DNA of 64,000 bases from Heptranchias perlo. Lineage: Eukaryota. The notes under the pieces are model-generated. The model did no database searches, was not told the DNA's origin, and saw only the letters and a program-made list of their open reading frames with translations. Within the stretch, counting starts at the first letter, position 1. Every line of letters starts with the position of its first letter. Shown here in pieces: positions 50,901 through 62,340 of the stretch. The DNA lies in the NCBI RefSeq assembly GCF_035084215.1, contig NW_027139247.1, positions 310,001-374,000 of the forward strand, given 5' to 3'. A program made the position numbers and the translations under genes.

Positions 50901-53900
50901 GCAAAGCTTGGGGGGACTGGCAGAGCACAAAGCAATTTTCAGTTGATGTGGGGGGTGGGGGTCAGCTAATGTAAGGAAGGGAACAATGGACAAAACCAGG
51001 GGAGGTAGGGACATTGGATAGAAAAGTTGGGTGAGGGGGGTTGCTAAATTACTGAGGGAACGGGTCACCAAGTTGGAGATCTACTACATGGGGGAGAGGC
51101 ACACGGCCTAAGATGGTGATCAGTGATGGATAAGAGTGGAGAGAGGAACTCCTTGAAAAGCCACTTATAAGGGAGGTGTAAAAGTAATAGTCCTGGTGAA
51201 AGGGAGGGGGGACATGGGTAGGCTGAAAAGATTATCTTTTTTATTATTCATTCATGAGATGTGGGCGTCGCTGGCGAGGCCGGCATTTATTACCCATCCC
51301 TAATTGCCCTTGAGAAGGTGGTGGTGAGCCGCCTTCTTGAACCGCTGCAGTCCGTGTGGTGACGGTTCTCCCACAGTGCTGTTAGGAAGGGAGTTCCAGG
51401 ATTTTGACCCAGGGACGATGAAGGAACGGCCGATATATTTCCAAGTCGGGATGGTGTGTGACTTGGAGGGTAACGTGCAGGTGGTGTTGTTCCCATGTGC
51501 CTGCTGCCCCTGTCCTTCTACGTGGTAGAGGTTGCGGGTTTGGGAGGTGCTGTCGAAGAAGCCTTGGCGAGTTGCTGCAGTGCATCCTGTGGATGGTACA
51601 CACTGCAGCCACTGTGCGCCGGTGATGAAGGGAGTGAATGTTTAGGGTGGTGGATGGGGTGCCAATCAAGCGGGCTGCTTTGTACTACTGGAAGGCCTGT
51701 GGAAAAGGTTGTGGCATGGTGCCCAGTGAGGCAGAGGGAAAGCTAGCAGACACCACCCCCACCCTCCACCCACCCCCTCGGTTGGCTGAATGATCGGAGA
51801 GAACCAAGTAGGATGATGGAAGAGGCCTGTGCCTTAAAGATCTGGTGAGAAGGGGAAGATGAGGGCGAAGTAATGACAGTTGAATGGCTGGTGGCCACTA
51901 TGTGAGCTCCCAGGGCTGGGTGATTGAGTATCTGAAGGCTCCCACAGGTCCATGTGATGGAGATCTTTGGGGAAAGACTCAAGGTGGAAAGTTGCAGCTC
52001 ATGAGAAATGTAAAGAACCAAATTATCTACATAAAAGCTTACATTTAAATAAAAAGGCAAAATTCTTACCTCATTTTACTTACCTACACCAACATGGCTG
52101 CTGTCTCGAAAACCTAGGCTAGTCCACAGTGATACTCGTTGGCCAGAGGCTGCAACTGCATACAGACTCAGGTTTTTTTTTTACTCTCAATATACTGCAA
52201 GAGTCTCTTTGCGCTGCCATGTAACACCCTATCATGTTCAATCTATCACGTAATGTTCTGTTTACAACACCCACTGCCATGGATGGAAAAATAAGAAAGC
52301 AGAAACAAACAGTGTAGCAACAGCAAGTCGGGGAAGTAAAGAGTCTGATATCTGGGAATGGATTGTGAATATAGATTGATCCATTCTCTAAACCAGATAG
52401 ACTGTGGTTATGGATTAATTTGTTCACCAACTTTGTGACATGTGTGTATGGGGGGAGGAGGGTGCGTATATAATGGAGCCATACAGAAAGAAGGAACGAG
52501 AAAGATGTATAGAGAAAGCAAGTGTGTGAGAAGCACACAAGGAAGGGAGATTTACAAAATATGGAAGCGTCAGAAGATAAAAGAAATTTAGAAAAACAGA
52601 AAGAATGAGGAACAGTCAGAGACAGCCTGAAGTACAGAGGTAACAAAAGGGTCATCTGATGTATAAAGAAAAAGACAGAAAGGACCAGACAGAAAAAAGT
52701 TACACACAAAAAAAGATAGTTACAGGAAGTGGAAGACTTTTTCCCCCCTGTTTCTGTCCATGAGCAACAGCACAAAAGGTCAAATAGTAATAAATAAAAA
52801 TCAATAGGGTACTGAATAACGAGGTTCATTTCTAGAGTAATAGAATACTAAAGCAGGGAGGTAATGTTACATTTGGTTTAGTTATTCATTTAATTGATCT
52901 CTTTCTTCTATCCATCTAAGCAGGGGTGAAGGTTTGCGATTATCGGTGTATTTGTCAGTATTGTTGGTCACGTTCTTACCCCAGAGGACTGTCTTCCCAC
53001 CCGGCAGGCTGCTGTGCTCAATATGACAGGCGTATTGTTTCCCATCATACGGATTAAATTGAAGGGTCGTCCTCAGTTGATACGTCCCATCTTCATTAGG
53101 TAATAACCCAGTAGATTTGGTCTCAGGGACATGTTCTCCATTCTTCAACCAGGTCACATTGATGGGCTGCGGATAAAATCCAGTCGCAATGCAGTGAAGA
53201 AACCAATGGTCACTATTCCTGGCAATTATTGAGACCTCAGGGGAAACTATAGGATAGAACTACAGTTATTGTCAACTTCAATCAAAATCGCACATTTCAC
53301 AATAAAATCAAGGGGGTCATTTTGGCGATAGTGTAAAACGGGTGATATCAGATCGGCCGACTATTATATGGGAATGGGGAGAGATGTATAACATGGGCTG
53401 ATCCGACATCGTCCATTGTACAATATCACCAAGAGTTAAAATTACCCCCAGGTTGTTCTGAACTTACCTTTTCTGGTCAGTATTGCTTTTCCAAGTGGAT
53501 AGAACGTCCTCCATAAATCTACACAGTCCTTTTCTAACAAGCTCTTGAAATAAAGGTTCATTTTTCTTTCGTCATCCCATTTCACTTTGAAGGGCTGAGC
53601 TATTGGTTCATGTATAGTCCAAACCAATTTGTCTTTATCAAAACTAAGTGCGTATCTTCCATCAAAAGCGAACTTCAGCACCCCTCCACTAGGATTGTTA
53701 TCATTCAGCTCACAGCCAAACACTCCTTGAACGTAATGAATACCTAAAACAGTAATTCAATCGATTAATAGCTAAATAATTATCGGATCTATTCACACCA
53801 AACCTGCCAGTTTCACAGTTATTTTCCACTCACCTCATATTCAGTCACTCTTTTCACATTATTAAGGGTAGAAATTGAGTTAAGTGTCGAAAACAAGTAG

Positions 53901-56900
53901 GGACACAAAATTTACAGTAGAGAAAGAGAATATTTGGCACCAAATTTAAACTGGAACTGTCCAATTCCATTTCCCGGCCATTGCCCATTTCCTTTAAAAA
54001 TCTTCCTTTTCATATATTTATCAATTTCCCTTTTAAATTATGTTGTATTAGCTGTCACAGTAGAATTGCAGATTCTAATGGGAAAAAAATCCTCATGGTT
54101 CTTTTAGTGAATGTGTGCCTCTTATTAACAATTCACCAATCAGCGGTAACTATTGTTCTTTCTTTACTCTCTCAAAAACCTACGTAACATTGAAAAGTTC
54201 TCATATCCTCCACTAACCTTGGCTATTTGCACCATTTTCCAAGTCAACCTTCAGAACCACAATCACACATTCGAGTGAATCACATCCCCGTGCCTCTAAT
54301 ATCCTTGCTATAATAGGTGCTCAGAACTGCATGCAAAATTCCAACAGTGTACTAACCAATGTCTCCCGTAAGTCAACAGCAATTCCCTGATTTTATACAC
54401 AAAGCCCCCACACATAAAAACCAGACGGGGTGAAACTGGTCTTTGCGGGTAGCACGAAATGGACTGATAGTGAATTGGCAGCCTGTTTTACACCACGCCC
54501 GATTTTTATTTTCTATTGGCTTCAAAGATGTAAAATGGGCTGTCAATTCGCTATGACCTCAATAGACAGGAAAACTGGACGGAGTGTATAACGATCTAAT
54601 ATCGCTCGTTTTTCACTCTCACCTCAAGTTAAAATTACCCCTCACGCATGCAACGCCACAGGAAATTGAGTATCAAAATTAGAAAGCTTGCATCTGTCTG
54701 CACTTCCTGTCCACAAACTCATTCTTCCTGTTGTCATATTTCTGTTACATGTGTGTTAAATTCCTGTGTCCAGGTTTATAATGGTAGCTGCCAACTGTAA
54801 TGCTTGTCATGCTGAAATTTCATCCTCCCACCGTAGGCGGTATGTTTGATCTCAGCTTTGCATTTCGCAGAGAACCTCCTATGTTCCAACCAATTCCACT
54901 AATTTCAAGCAGAGAATAAGTTTTGCTATTTAACTATAATGCTATCTATGGTATATTAGATTAGATTTCTAATATAATGCATTATATTTATATTTATATG
55001 CACTATCTGACCATGCAACCTTACTTCTGGTTGTCACATTTTTGGAACATCTTATGTCAACTTTTTCCCTTTATAAATTCCAATGTTCACATTTAAAATG
55101 GGAGATGCCAGTGTAAAGTTAGCAGAATCCTTGCTCTAGAAGTGGCACTGTAATGCTTCAGTTTTATATTGTCCAACTCTTCAGCCGATGCATCTGGGTA
55201 ACTCCCATGTACAAACCAACTCTCCTTCTCAACTTCACAATTTGCTATCAATTTTGCTAATAAACTTTAAATAATATTATAACATGACAGAATGTATGAC
55301 ACAAAATAGGGATTGAATTATGTTTGTACAGTTTGGGCTAATCTTCCCTTCCCTCCAACCTTGCTACAATAGTTTTGACCCCCTTGGCTTAATTGTGACG
55401 TTGGCCGATAGCGGATCAGTCGCCCGTTATACATCTCTCCCGATGATCATTTCCGCTGAAGTAAATGGAAATGAAAATCAGTAGATGTTATAACGGGTGA
55501 CTGATCGATATCACCCATTTTACACTGTCGGCCATCGTCGAAATATCACCCCCCCACCCCGCTCCACCCACCGTGTGCAATGCCATGGCAGACCGACTAG
55601 TATTATATTACAAACCTTGGGGTTCCCCTGATTCTCCACTGTAACTTCATCAGATATATGTAAAAACCCTGGAGAAATGGCACAATGCAGAATCTTACAA
55701 GCAGCATGCAGCTTGTTGTAAAACCATGGATGTGCTGCCAGCGATTTTCCAATTATTAAATTCAATTGGGGTAGTTTTTACTTTGTGTGATCGTGTAAAT
55801 CAGGCGATATTGCATTAGTCACCCATTACATGCCCCGCCCAATTCTCCTGTATACCATCGCCCAAAGATAAAATTACCTCCAATGGATATAAAACTGCTG
55901 GCAGTGCACTATGATTTTTCTGATAAGCCACCTTCTGGATATAAGATGGCATTGGAGCCTCAAAATTACATATCTACATTACAAATCATATGTGTTCACC
56001 AATATCATTCAACAAATGAAATAATACGAATACAAATCCTTAAATTTAATATTGCCAGTATCATTCAATAAACACAATGGGGTCGACGTGGATTTTATGT
56101 GATAGTGTAAAACAGCTGTTAATGAATCTGCAGCCCGTTTTATATCTCTCTTAATTTTAATTTCCATTGTAGCCAATAGAAATAAAAATCAGGAGAGATG
56201 TAAAACTGGCTGTCGATTGGCTAAAACCCAGAGTCAAAATCTACCCTAATTTTACCAACATGATTCAATAAATGTGATATTGCCAATAGCATTCAATAAA
56301 TGTGTTGCTAATATCATTCATTAAAAGTAATATTACCATGATTCAAAGGAACATAGGAACAGGAGTAGGCCATGCAGCCCTTCGAGCCTGTTTTGCCATT
56401 CAATTATATCATGGCTGATTTATATGTTAACTTCATTTAGCCAACTTGGTTCCATAACCTTTAATACCAACAAAAATCGATCAATCTCAGTTTTGAAATT
56501 TTCAATTGACCCCCAGCCTCAACAGCTTTTAGGGGAGAGAGTTCCAGATTTCCACTCCCCTTTGTGTGAAGAAGTGCTTCCTGACATCACCCTCAACGGC
56601 CTAGCTCTAATTTTAAGGTTCTGCCCCCTTGCCCTGGACCCTCCAGCAGAGGAAGTAGTTTCTCTCTATCTCCCCTATCAACTCCTTTAATCATCTTAAA
56701 CACCTCAATTGGATCACCCCTTAATCTTCGATACTCAAGGGAATACAAGCCTGTCCTAATGTGAACCTTTTAGTTCAGGTGAATCTGTGCTGCACCATCT
56801 GCCACGGTTTTGCCCACTCACTTATTCTATCAATGTCCCTTTGCAACTTTCTGCTCCCATCTACACTATTTACTGTCCCACCCAATTTGGTGTCATCAGC

Positions 56901-59900
56901 TCGCTATTCCTTCATCTCAGTCATTTATAAATACAGTGAAAAACTGAGGCCCCAGTACAGATCCCTGGGGAACATCGCTAGTCACATCCTGCCAATTTGA
57001 GGACATACCCATTACCCCTACTCTCCGTCTCCTACCTCATAACCAATTCCCCATTCATGTCAATAGGTTGTCTCCAAATTCATGCACTCCCTTTTCTACC
57101 ACGTTAGTTACCTCCTCAAAAAATGCAACGAGGTTCATTAGACACGACTTACCCTTTACAAATCCATACTGGCTCTCTCCGATCACTTCATATTTGACCA
57201 AGTGCTCAGTCACTCTGTCCCGAATACCAGATTCTAGTAATTTCCCCACAACCAACGTTAGACTAATAGGCCTATAATTTCCAAGTTTATCTCTCCTACT
57301 CTTCTTAAATAATGGAGTGACATTGGCAATTTTCCAATCCAAGGGGACAATTCCTGAATCAAGAGAGTTTTGAATGATGATGACTAGAGCATCTACTATT
57401 TCCTCACCGACTTAATTTAATGCCCTGGGATGGAAAGCATCAGGTCCTGAAGATTTATATATTTTCAGACTCAATTTTTGCTCCATTACCATTTTTTTAT
57501 ATTAAATCTAATAAGTTCCTCCCCTTGATTTATTTTTAGTTTTCCTCGCATGTCTGGTGCTTTATCCTCACGCTCTACTGTGAAGAGACCAATAAGTATT
57601 TACCAAGTCTGCCATTTCCTCATTTTCAATTCGATTATCACCTGCGTCTGTCATTGAGGGGTGCACGTTACACTTCACCACCCTCTTTCTCTTGTAAAAA
57701 CCTTTAGTGTGATCCTTGATATCCCTCGCAATTTTTTTGTGTAATCCCTTTGCTGTTCTTTATATCTCTCCCAGTCCGCTCAATCTGTACTGTCCTTTGC
57801 ATTGGTATAAGCCCTTTCTTTTAGTTTTATACTATCTCTCACTTCTCTTGTTGACCAAGAGTGAGAGTAATTTTAACCTTTATCAATGTGTAAAACGGGC
57901 AACGAAAAGTAAAATCGGGCGTATTGTACACGGGCGCTGATCCGATATTGCCCAATTTACATTTTTGCCAAGAGCTAAAGTTATCCCCCATAAACTTAAT
58001 ATTACCAATATGATTCGTTATATGTAAAATTACAAGCAAAACCATTCAATAAATATTACAAATATCATTAATGAAATGTAATAATACTAATGTCATCCAA
58101 TAAACACTGGAGGTGGTGGCTGGGGAGGGGGTATTTTCACTTTTATCACCAAGTGAACTGTGGGCAATGGTCAATCGGCCGTTGGTTTTACACCAAGGCC
58201 GATCTTCAGAAAATCAATCCAGGTGTAAAACGGTCAGCTGATCCACAATCACCCGTATTTCACCTGGCGAGAAAAGTTAAAATGACTCCCGGGAGTGAAA
58301 TTCAACTTCAGCAGAGTTGCAAACAGGTCGGTAACGGAAACGCCGTCCGTTATATACCCCACCCGATTTTATTTTGAAGTCCCGCCACAGTTGACTTTCA
58401 GCCCCAGTTCCAAAACACACTGCGCGTTATCGCCAGCTGTGGAGTCGAAGGCAATGCTGCTGTCCGTTGGCTCCATACCCGTCGCCCATCTTTCCTGCAA
58501 CTCCATGTTTGAACCTCTCCGATCAGGTTTCGGCCCCAATCAAAGTCAAAAGTGACAACCTCTGTGACTGTGGCCCTGGTGAACTATCCCTCCTCATCCT
58601 TATTTCAGTAGCTTTTAATGCAGTTGACCACACCACCCTTCTCCAATGCCTCTCCTCCGTTGTCCAGCTAAGTGGGAATGCCTTTGCTTTGTGCCACTAT
58701 TACCTGTCCAATCGTAGCCAGAGAATCTCCTGCAATCTCTTCCCGTCCCTGCACCGTTACCTCTGGAGTCCCCAATGGATCGATCCTTGGCCCTATCCTA
58801 TTGCTCATCTACATGCTGCCCCTTGATAACATCATCCAAAGACATGGAGTCTGGTTCCACATGTACACTGACGACACTCAGCTCTACCTTACCACCTCTC
58901 TTGACCCCTCCACTGCATATGTTTTGTCAGACTGTTTGCCCAACATCCAGTCTTGGATGAACTGCAAATTCCTCCAAGTAAACATTGGGAAGACCACAGT
59001 CATTGCGTTCGGCCCCCACCACAATCTTCGTTCTCTCACTACTGATTCCATCCCCCTCCCTGGACACTGTCTCAGGCTGAAACTGACCGTTTGCAACAAT
59101 GGCATCCTATTTGACCCTGGGCTGAGCTTCCAACCCCACATTTCCATCACAAAGACCACCTACATCCACCTCCACAAAATTGCTTGTCTCTGCCCCTGCC
59201 TCAACCCATCTGCTGCTGCAGGCCTCATTCATGCCTTTGTTACCTCTAGACTCGACTATTCCAATGCTCTCCTGGCTGGCCTCCCGTTTTTCACCCTCCA
59301 TAAACTTGAGCTCATCCAAAACTCTGCTGCGTGCATCCTAACTTGCAGCAAGTCCTGTTCACCCACCACCCTTGTGCTCGCTGACTTACACTGACTCCCC
59401 CGCCACCAACACCTTGATTTGGAAATTTTCATTGTTATGCTTAAATCCCTCCATGTCCTCTACCCTTCCTATTGTTGTGACCTCCTCCAGCCTTTTAAAC
59501 CTCCAACAAATCTATGTCCCTCCAACTCTGGCCTCTTGTGCATTTCCCAGTCCCTTCGTCCTACCACTGGCAGCTGTTCTTTCAGCTATTTAGTCCCTAC
59601 GTTCTGGAATTCCCTCCCGAGCCTTTTCACCCCTCTCTTCTCTTAAGACGCTCCTTAAAACCTATCTCTTTCCCCACGATTTTAGTCACCCATCGTACTA
59701 TCTCCTTCTTTGGCTCGGTTTCAATTTTTGTCTGATATCACTCCTGTAAAGCATCGAGACGGTTTCCTACATTGACGGCGCAATGCAAATGCAGGTTGTT
59801 ATTGCCATGCTCTCTGAATAATTGTCCCTGGATGTTCTGTCCACCTTGCTACAAATTCTGCCTTAGATATTCGCTCAACGTAGGAGTCTGCCCATACTGA

Positions 59901-60614
59901 CCAGTGTCAGCTAGGGCCAATTTAAAACATTTTTAGCACAGCCCTCTCCTCATAAAGAAGAGAAATTGGAAACCATGCTGCCCTGTTTCAGTCAGCTGGT
60001 GTTAGCTGAAATCAGTTGTATTGGAGCTGTGCATTCTCTGAAATCGGTAGTGTTAGCACTGTGTGTTCTCTGAACTCCAGAGTGTTAGCGCTGTCCATTC
60101 TCTGAAATAGACAGGCACTGTGCCTTGTCTGAACTCTGTAACCTGCCTGACAACGACTGGATCAAATTACACATTGCAGACAAAGTGTTGGGTGAGTATT
60201 GTCTTCCTGGTGGTAAGAATAAGCATTATCTTTATGTTCACCACTGTGGTGTCACTAAACGCAGCCAATTCGATATTGCTGATTTGACACTATCCCCTGA
60301 AGTTAAAATGACCCCAGTTGTTCAATGCATTCGCTTCAAATGAATATACTCACTTGATGTTTCGTTGCTCTGCTGCAACCATCTATCAAACTGCCCCTTG
60401 ATGAGTCCGTGGAAACCAGCTTCAGTGATTGTGTATTCTTCCCAGTACCTCTTGTCAAATGCATCCGCCAGCCATTGCTGTCTTGGAACAGTTATTTTCA
60501 TATTCGAGTCGTAATAGTGTATCTCACAGCCATCCAAACGCCCCATAACACTATATTCTGGTAGATCAGCACTTCCATGGTTCAGGGTGTAATAAAATAG
60601 CAGAGAGTGAGACT
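47908..60614 (-). CDS. Non-classical MHC class I heavy chain, 5'-partial (leader not found): complement join(60354..60614,53468..53743,52980..53246,49110..49217,47908..47939)
   Basis: All introns are GT-AG and phase 1. Exon lengths 261/276/267/108 keep frame with no stops; ~314 aa, alpha1-alpha2-alpha3(C1 Ig)-TM-tail. Confidence 0.9.
48116..48274. mobile_element. Palindromic MITE
   Basis: GGGGCTGCAATTGTCC...GACCAATTCAACACCC; centre ctattgacttcaata. Confidence 0.7.
48330..48930 (-). mobile_element. Old CR1 3' fragment
   Basis: ttccacatcctcacaactctctgcgtaaagaattttctcc and cttgacccctcaactactggaaacag match the reverse complement of the CR1 ORF2 C-terminus. Confidence 0.65.
49110..49217 (-). CDS. 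MHC class I connecting peptide/transmembrane exon
   Basis: tttttcag| EEKIEKGNHVGLIVAVVLVLLAIIIALTYMWWRRRR G|gtaaga: a hydrophobic span followed by a basic stop-transfer signal. Confidence 0.88.
49750..50370. repeat. Polypurine (G/A-rich) low-complexity tract
   Basis: Almost purely G/A on the + strand, with many GGG and GGAGG runs. Confidence 0.85.
50550..51880 (-). mobile_element. Old L2-like endonuclease-region fragment interrupted by a family-B LINE
   Basis: C-rich minus strand with PHQLKIAL and PPLVLSI stretches typical of fish L2 ORF2; split by 51235-51682. Confidence 0.45.
51235..51682 (-). mobile_element. Family-B LINE 3' end, well preserved
   Basis: ORF 51382..51669 LIGTPSTTLNIHSLHHRRTVAAVCTIHRMHCSNSPRLL, plus the family tail and an A-run. 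Confidence 0.9.
52980..53246 (-). CDS. MHC class I alpha3 (C1-set Ig) exon
   Basis: VSPEVSIIARNSDHWFLHCIATGFYPQPINVTWLKNG...LLPNEDGTYQLR...YACHIEHSSL..VLW; cctatag| acceptor, |gtaaga donor. Confidence 0.95.
53312..53449. mobile_element. Palindromic MITE in the alpha2-alpha3 intron
   Basis: GGGGGTCATTTTGGCGATAGTGTAAAACGGG...GAGTTAAAATTACCCCC. Confidence 0.78.
53468..53743 (-). CDS. MHC class I alpha2 exon
   Basis: SIHYVQGVFGCEL..FAFDGRYALSFDKDKLVW..AQPFKVKWD..LLEKDCVDLWRTFYPLGKAILTRK; C101/C164 pair; gttttag| acceptor, |gtaagt donor. Confidence 0.95.
54427..54641. mobile_element. Palindromic MITE (composite)
   Basis: GGGGTGAAACTGGTC...AAGTTAAAATTACCCC. Confidence 0.7.
55386..55555. mobile_element. 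Palindromic MITE
   Basis: Arms gatcagtcgcccgttata / tataacgggtgactgatc around tttccgctgaagtaaatggaaa. Confidence 0.72.
55768..55881. mobile_element. Palindromic MITE, internally deleted
   Basis: GGGGTAGTTTTTACTTTG...CAAAGATAAAATTACCTC. Confidence 0.7.
56079..56247. mobile_element. Palindromic MITE
   Basis: GGGGTCGACGTGGA...TCAAAATCTACCC; arms gcagcccgttttatatctctc / gagagatgtaaaactggctg. Confidence 0.72.
56348..57830 (-). mobile_element. CR1 LINE, internally deleted
   Basis: ORF 57055..57342 NYRPISLT..QYGFVKGKSCL; tail ggaacataggaac. Confidence 0.88.
57863..58405. mobile_element. Three palindromic MITEs (57863-57988, 58127-58290, 58291-58405)
   Basis: Family termini GRGRGTAATTTTAAC and GTTAAAATGACYCC; the last two copies abut. 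Confidence 0.7.
58490..59803 (+). mobile_element. L2 LINE RT/3' fragment
   Basis: ORF 58672..59394 GVPNGSILGP, FHMYTDDTQLYL, FVTSRLDYSNALLAGLP; L2-type tail tgtaaagcat...ggcgcaatgcaaatgcaggttgttattg. Confidence 0.9.
60027..60110. repeat. 32-bp tandem repeat, ~2.6 copies
   Basis: ctgtgcattctctgaaatcggtagtgttagca / ctgtgtgttctctgaactccagagtgttagcg / ctgtccattctctgaaatag. Confidence 0.7.
60354..60614 (-). CDS. MHC class I alpha1 exon
   Basis: ttttcctttcatcctag| ESHSLLFYYT..LPEYSVMGRLDGCEIHYYDS..PRQQWL..YWEEYT..QSNETS A|gtgagt; N86 sequon retained. Confidence 0.95.
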
Positions 60615-60992
60615 CTAGGATGAAAGGAAAAAAAATTCCATTCTTGGCATAGCAAATATTGGAAAAGTCAATTTGCTGAACAACTTGAGAAAGTGCTTGA
60701 AATAATAACAAGGTCAGAAGAATTTATTCAGAAAAATGAGAATTCACTGGATATTTTGCCACACTCCCATGTTAAACCAATGTAGAGAAGGCAAAATGAG
60801 CCTTAATAGCAAACGTTATTTTCAAAAATATTCCCATTTTTGAAAACAAAGAAAACTGTGATGGTTCGACTGAATTACATCAGCTCATCACATTTGTAAA
60901 TCAAACATTTAGGTTATCACTCCCCTGTCTTGAAATATCCTGACCTGAGGATTCTTTGGTGTCTGAGTGAAGAAGTGCACCCAGTATTATGG

Positions 60993-61690
60993 TATCATCG
61001 TATCATACGGCACAGAGGAAGTCTATTCAGCCCATCGTGACTGTGCTGGCTCTTTGCAAGAGCTGTCCAATTAGTCCCACTCTCCTGCTCTTTCCCCATA
61101 GCCCTGTAATTATTTTCGCTCCAAGTATTTATCCAATTCTCTTCTGAAAGTTATTATTGAATCTGCTTCCACCGCCCTTTCAGGCAGTGAATTCCAGATC
61201 ATCACAACTCGCTGTGTAAAAATAAGTTTCCTCATGTCGCCTCTGGCTCTTTTGCCAATCACCTTAAATCTGTGTCCTCTGGTTACCGATCCTTCTGCCA
61301 CTGGAAACAGTTTCTCCTTATTTACTCTATCAAAACCGTTCATGATTTTGAACACCTCGATCAAATCTCCCCATAATCTTCTCTGCTCTAAGGAGAGCAA
61401 TCCCAGCTTCTCCAACTTCTCCATATAACTGAAGTCCCTCATCCCTGGTACCATTCTAATAAATCTCTTCTGCACCCTCTCGAAGGCTTTGACATCCTTC
61501 CGAAAGTGTGGTGCCCAGAAATGAACACTATACTCCGAGTGAGGCCTAACCAGTGTTTTATAAAGATTTAGCATAACTTCCTTGCTTCTGTACTCTATGC
61601 CTCTATTAATAAAGCCCAGGAACCCCTCTGCTTTTTTAACAACCTTCTCAGCTTGTCCTGCCACCTTCAAAGATTATGTACATGCACTTC
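60993..61690 (-). mobile_element. CR1 LINE 3' fragment
   Basis: ORF 61110..61670; tail tatcatcgtatcat. Confidence 0.92.
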
Positions 61691-61699
61691 AAACTCATT

Positions 61700-62340
61700 T
61701 TAGACTGCTTCGCATTTGCCCCCTGTCTGATTCCTCTTATTTCTGAACTATTCTTTACTCTAGTGCCACATGCCCCTCCCAGTCCTCTGAACATCTTGTT
61801 TCTCCTCTCTAATATTTCATTCTGCTGCCCATCCCCCTGCCAAATTAGTTTGAACCCTCCCCCACAGCACTAATTAACCTCCCCACGAGGACATTGGTCC
61901 CAGCTCTGTTGAGGTGCAATCTGTCCATCTTGACCAGATCCCTCCTGCCCCAGAACTGGTCCCAATGACCCAGGAGTCTGCAGCCCTCCCTCCTGCACCA
62001 TTTCTCCAGCCACGCATTAACCTGTCTTATCCTGCTAGTCCTACACTCACTAGTGTGGCACTGGGAGTAATCCAGAGATTACTACCTTTGAGGTCCTGCT
62101 TTTTAACTTCCTGAAACTCTGACTGCAGGACCCAAACCTTTTCCTTCCTAGGTCATTAGTTCCCTCATGGACCACGACTTCTGGCTGTTCCCCCCCACCC
62201 CCCCACAAAATGTTTTGCACTCTCTCAGTGATGACCTTTACCCTGACAAACCATGCAGGACTCACGTTGGTGGTCCGTCTATCCCCCTGACTAACGAATC
62301 CCCTATAACAACTGCATTTCAACACATTCTTGTGCCCCCC
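61700..62340 (-). mobile_element. CR1 ORF1 remnant (SGNH/GDSL esterase)
   Basis: ORF 62050..62388 ..ERVQNILWG..EQPEVVVHEGTNDLGRK..KVVISGLLPVP matches the esterase-type ORF1 motif VVVHxGTND. Confidence 0.75.

Larger units (their letters stand above)
55997..58106. repeat. Degenerate ~27-bp AT-rich minisatellite interrupted by MITEs and a CR1
   Basis: Unit ~ATTRCCAATATCATTCAATAAATGTAAT at 55997-56075, 56250-56346 and 57990-58106. Confidence 0.6.

Noticed and set aside
52119-52829. 236-aa hydrophobic ORF on the minus strand
   Set aside because: T/C-rich low-complexity intron sequence with no recognisable domain.
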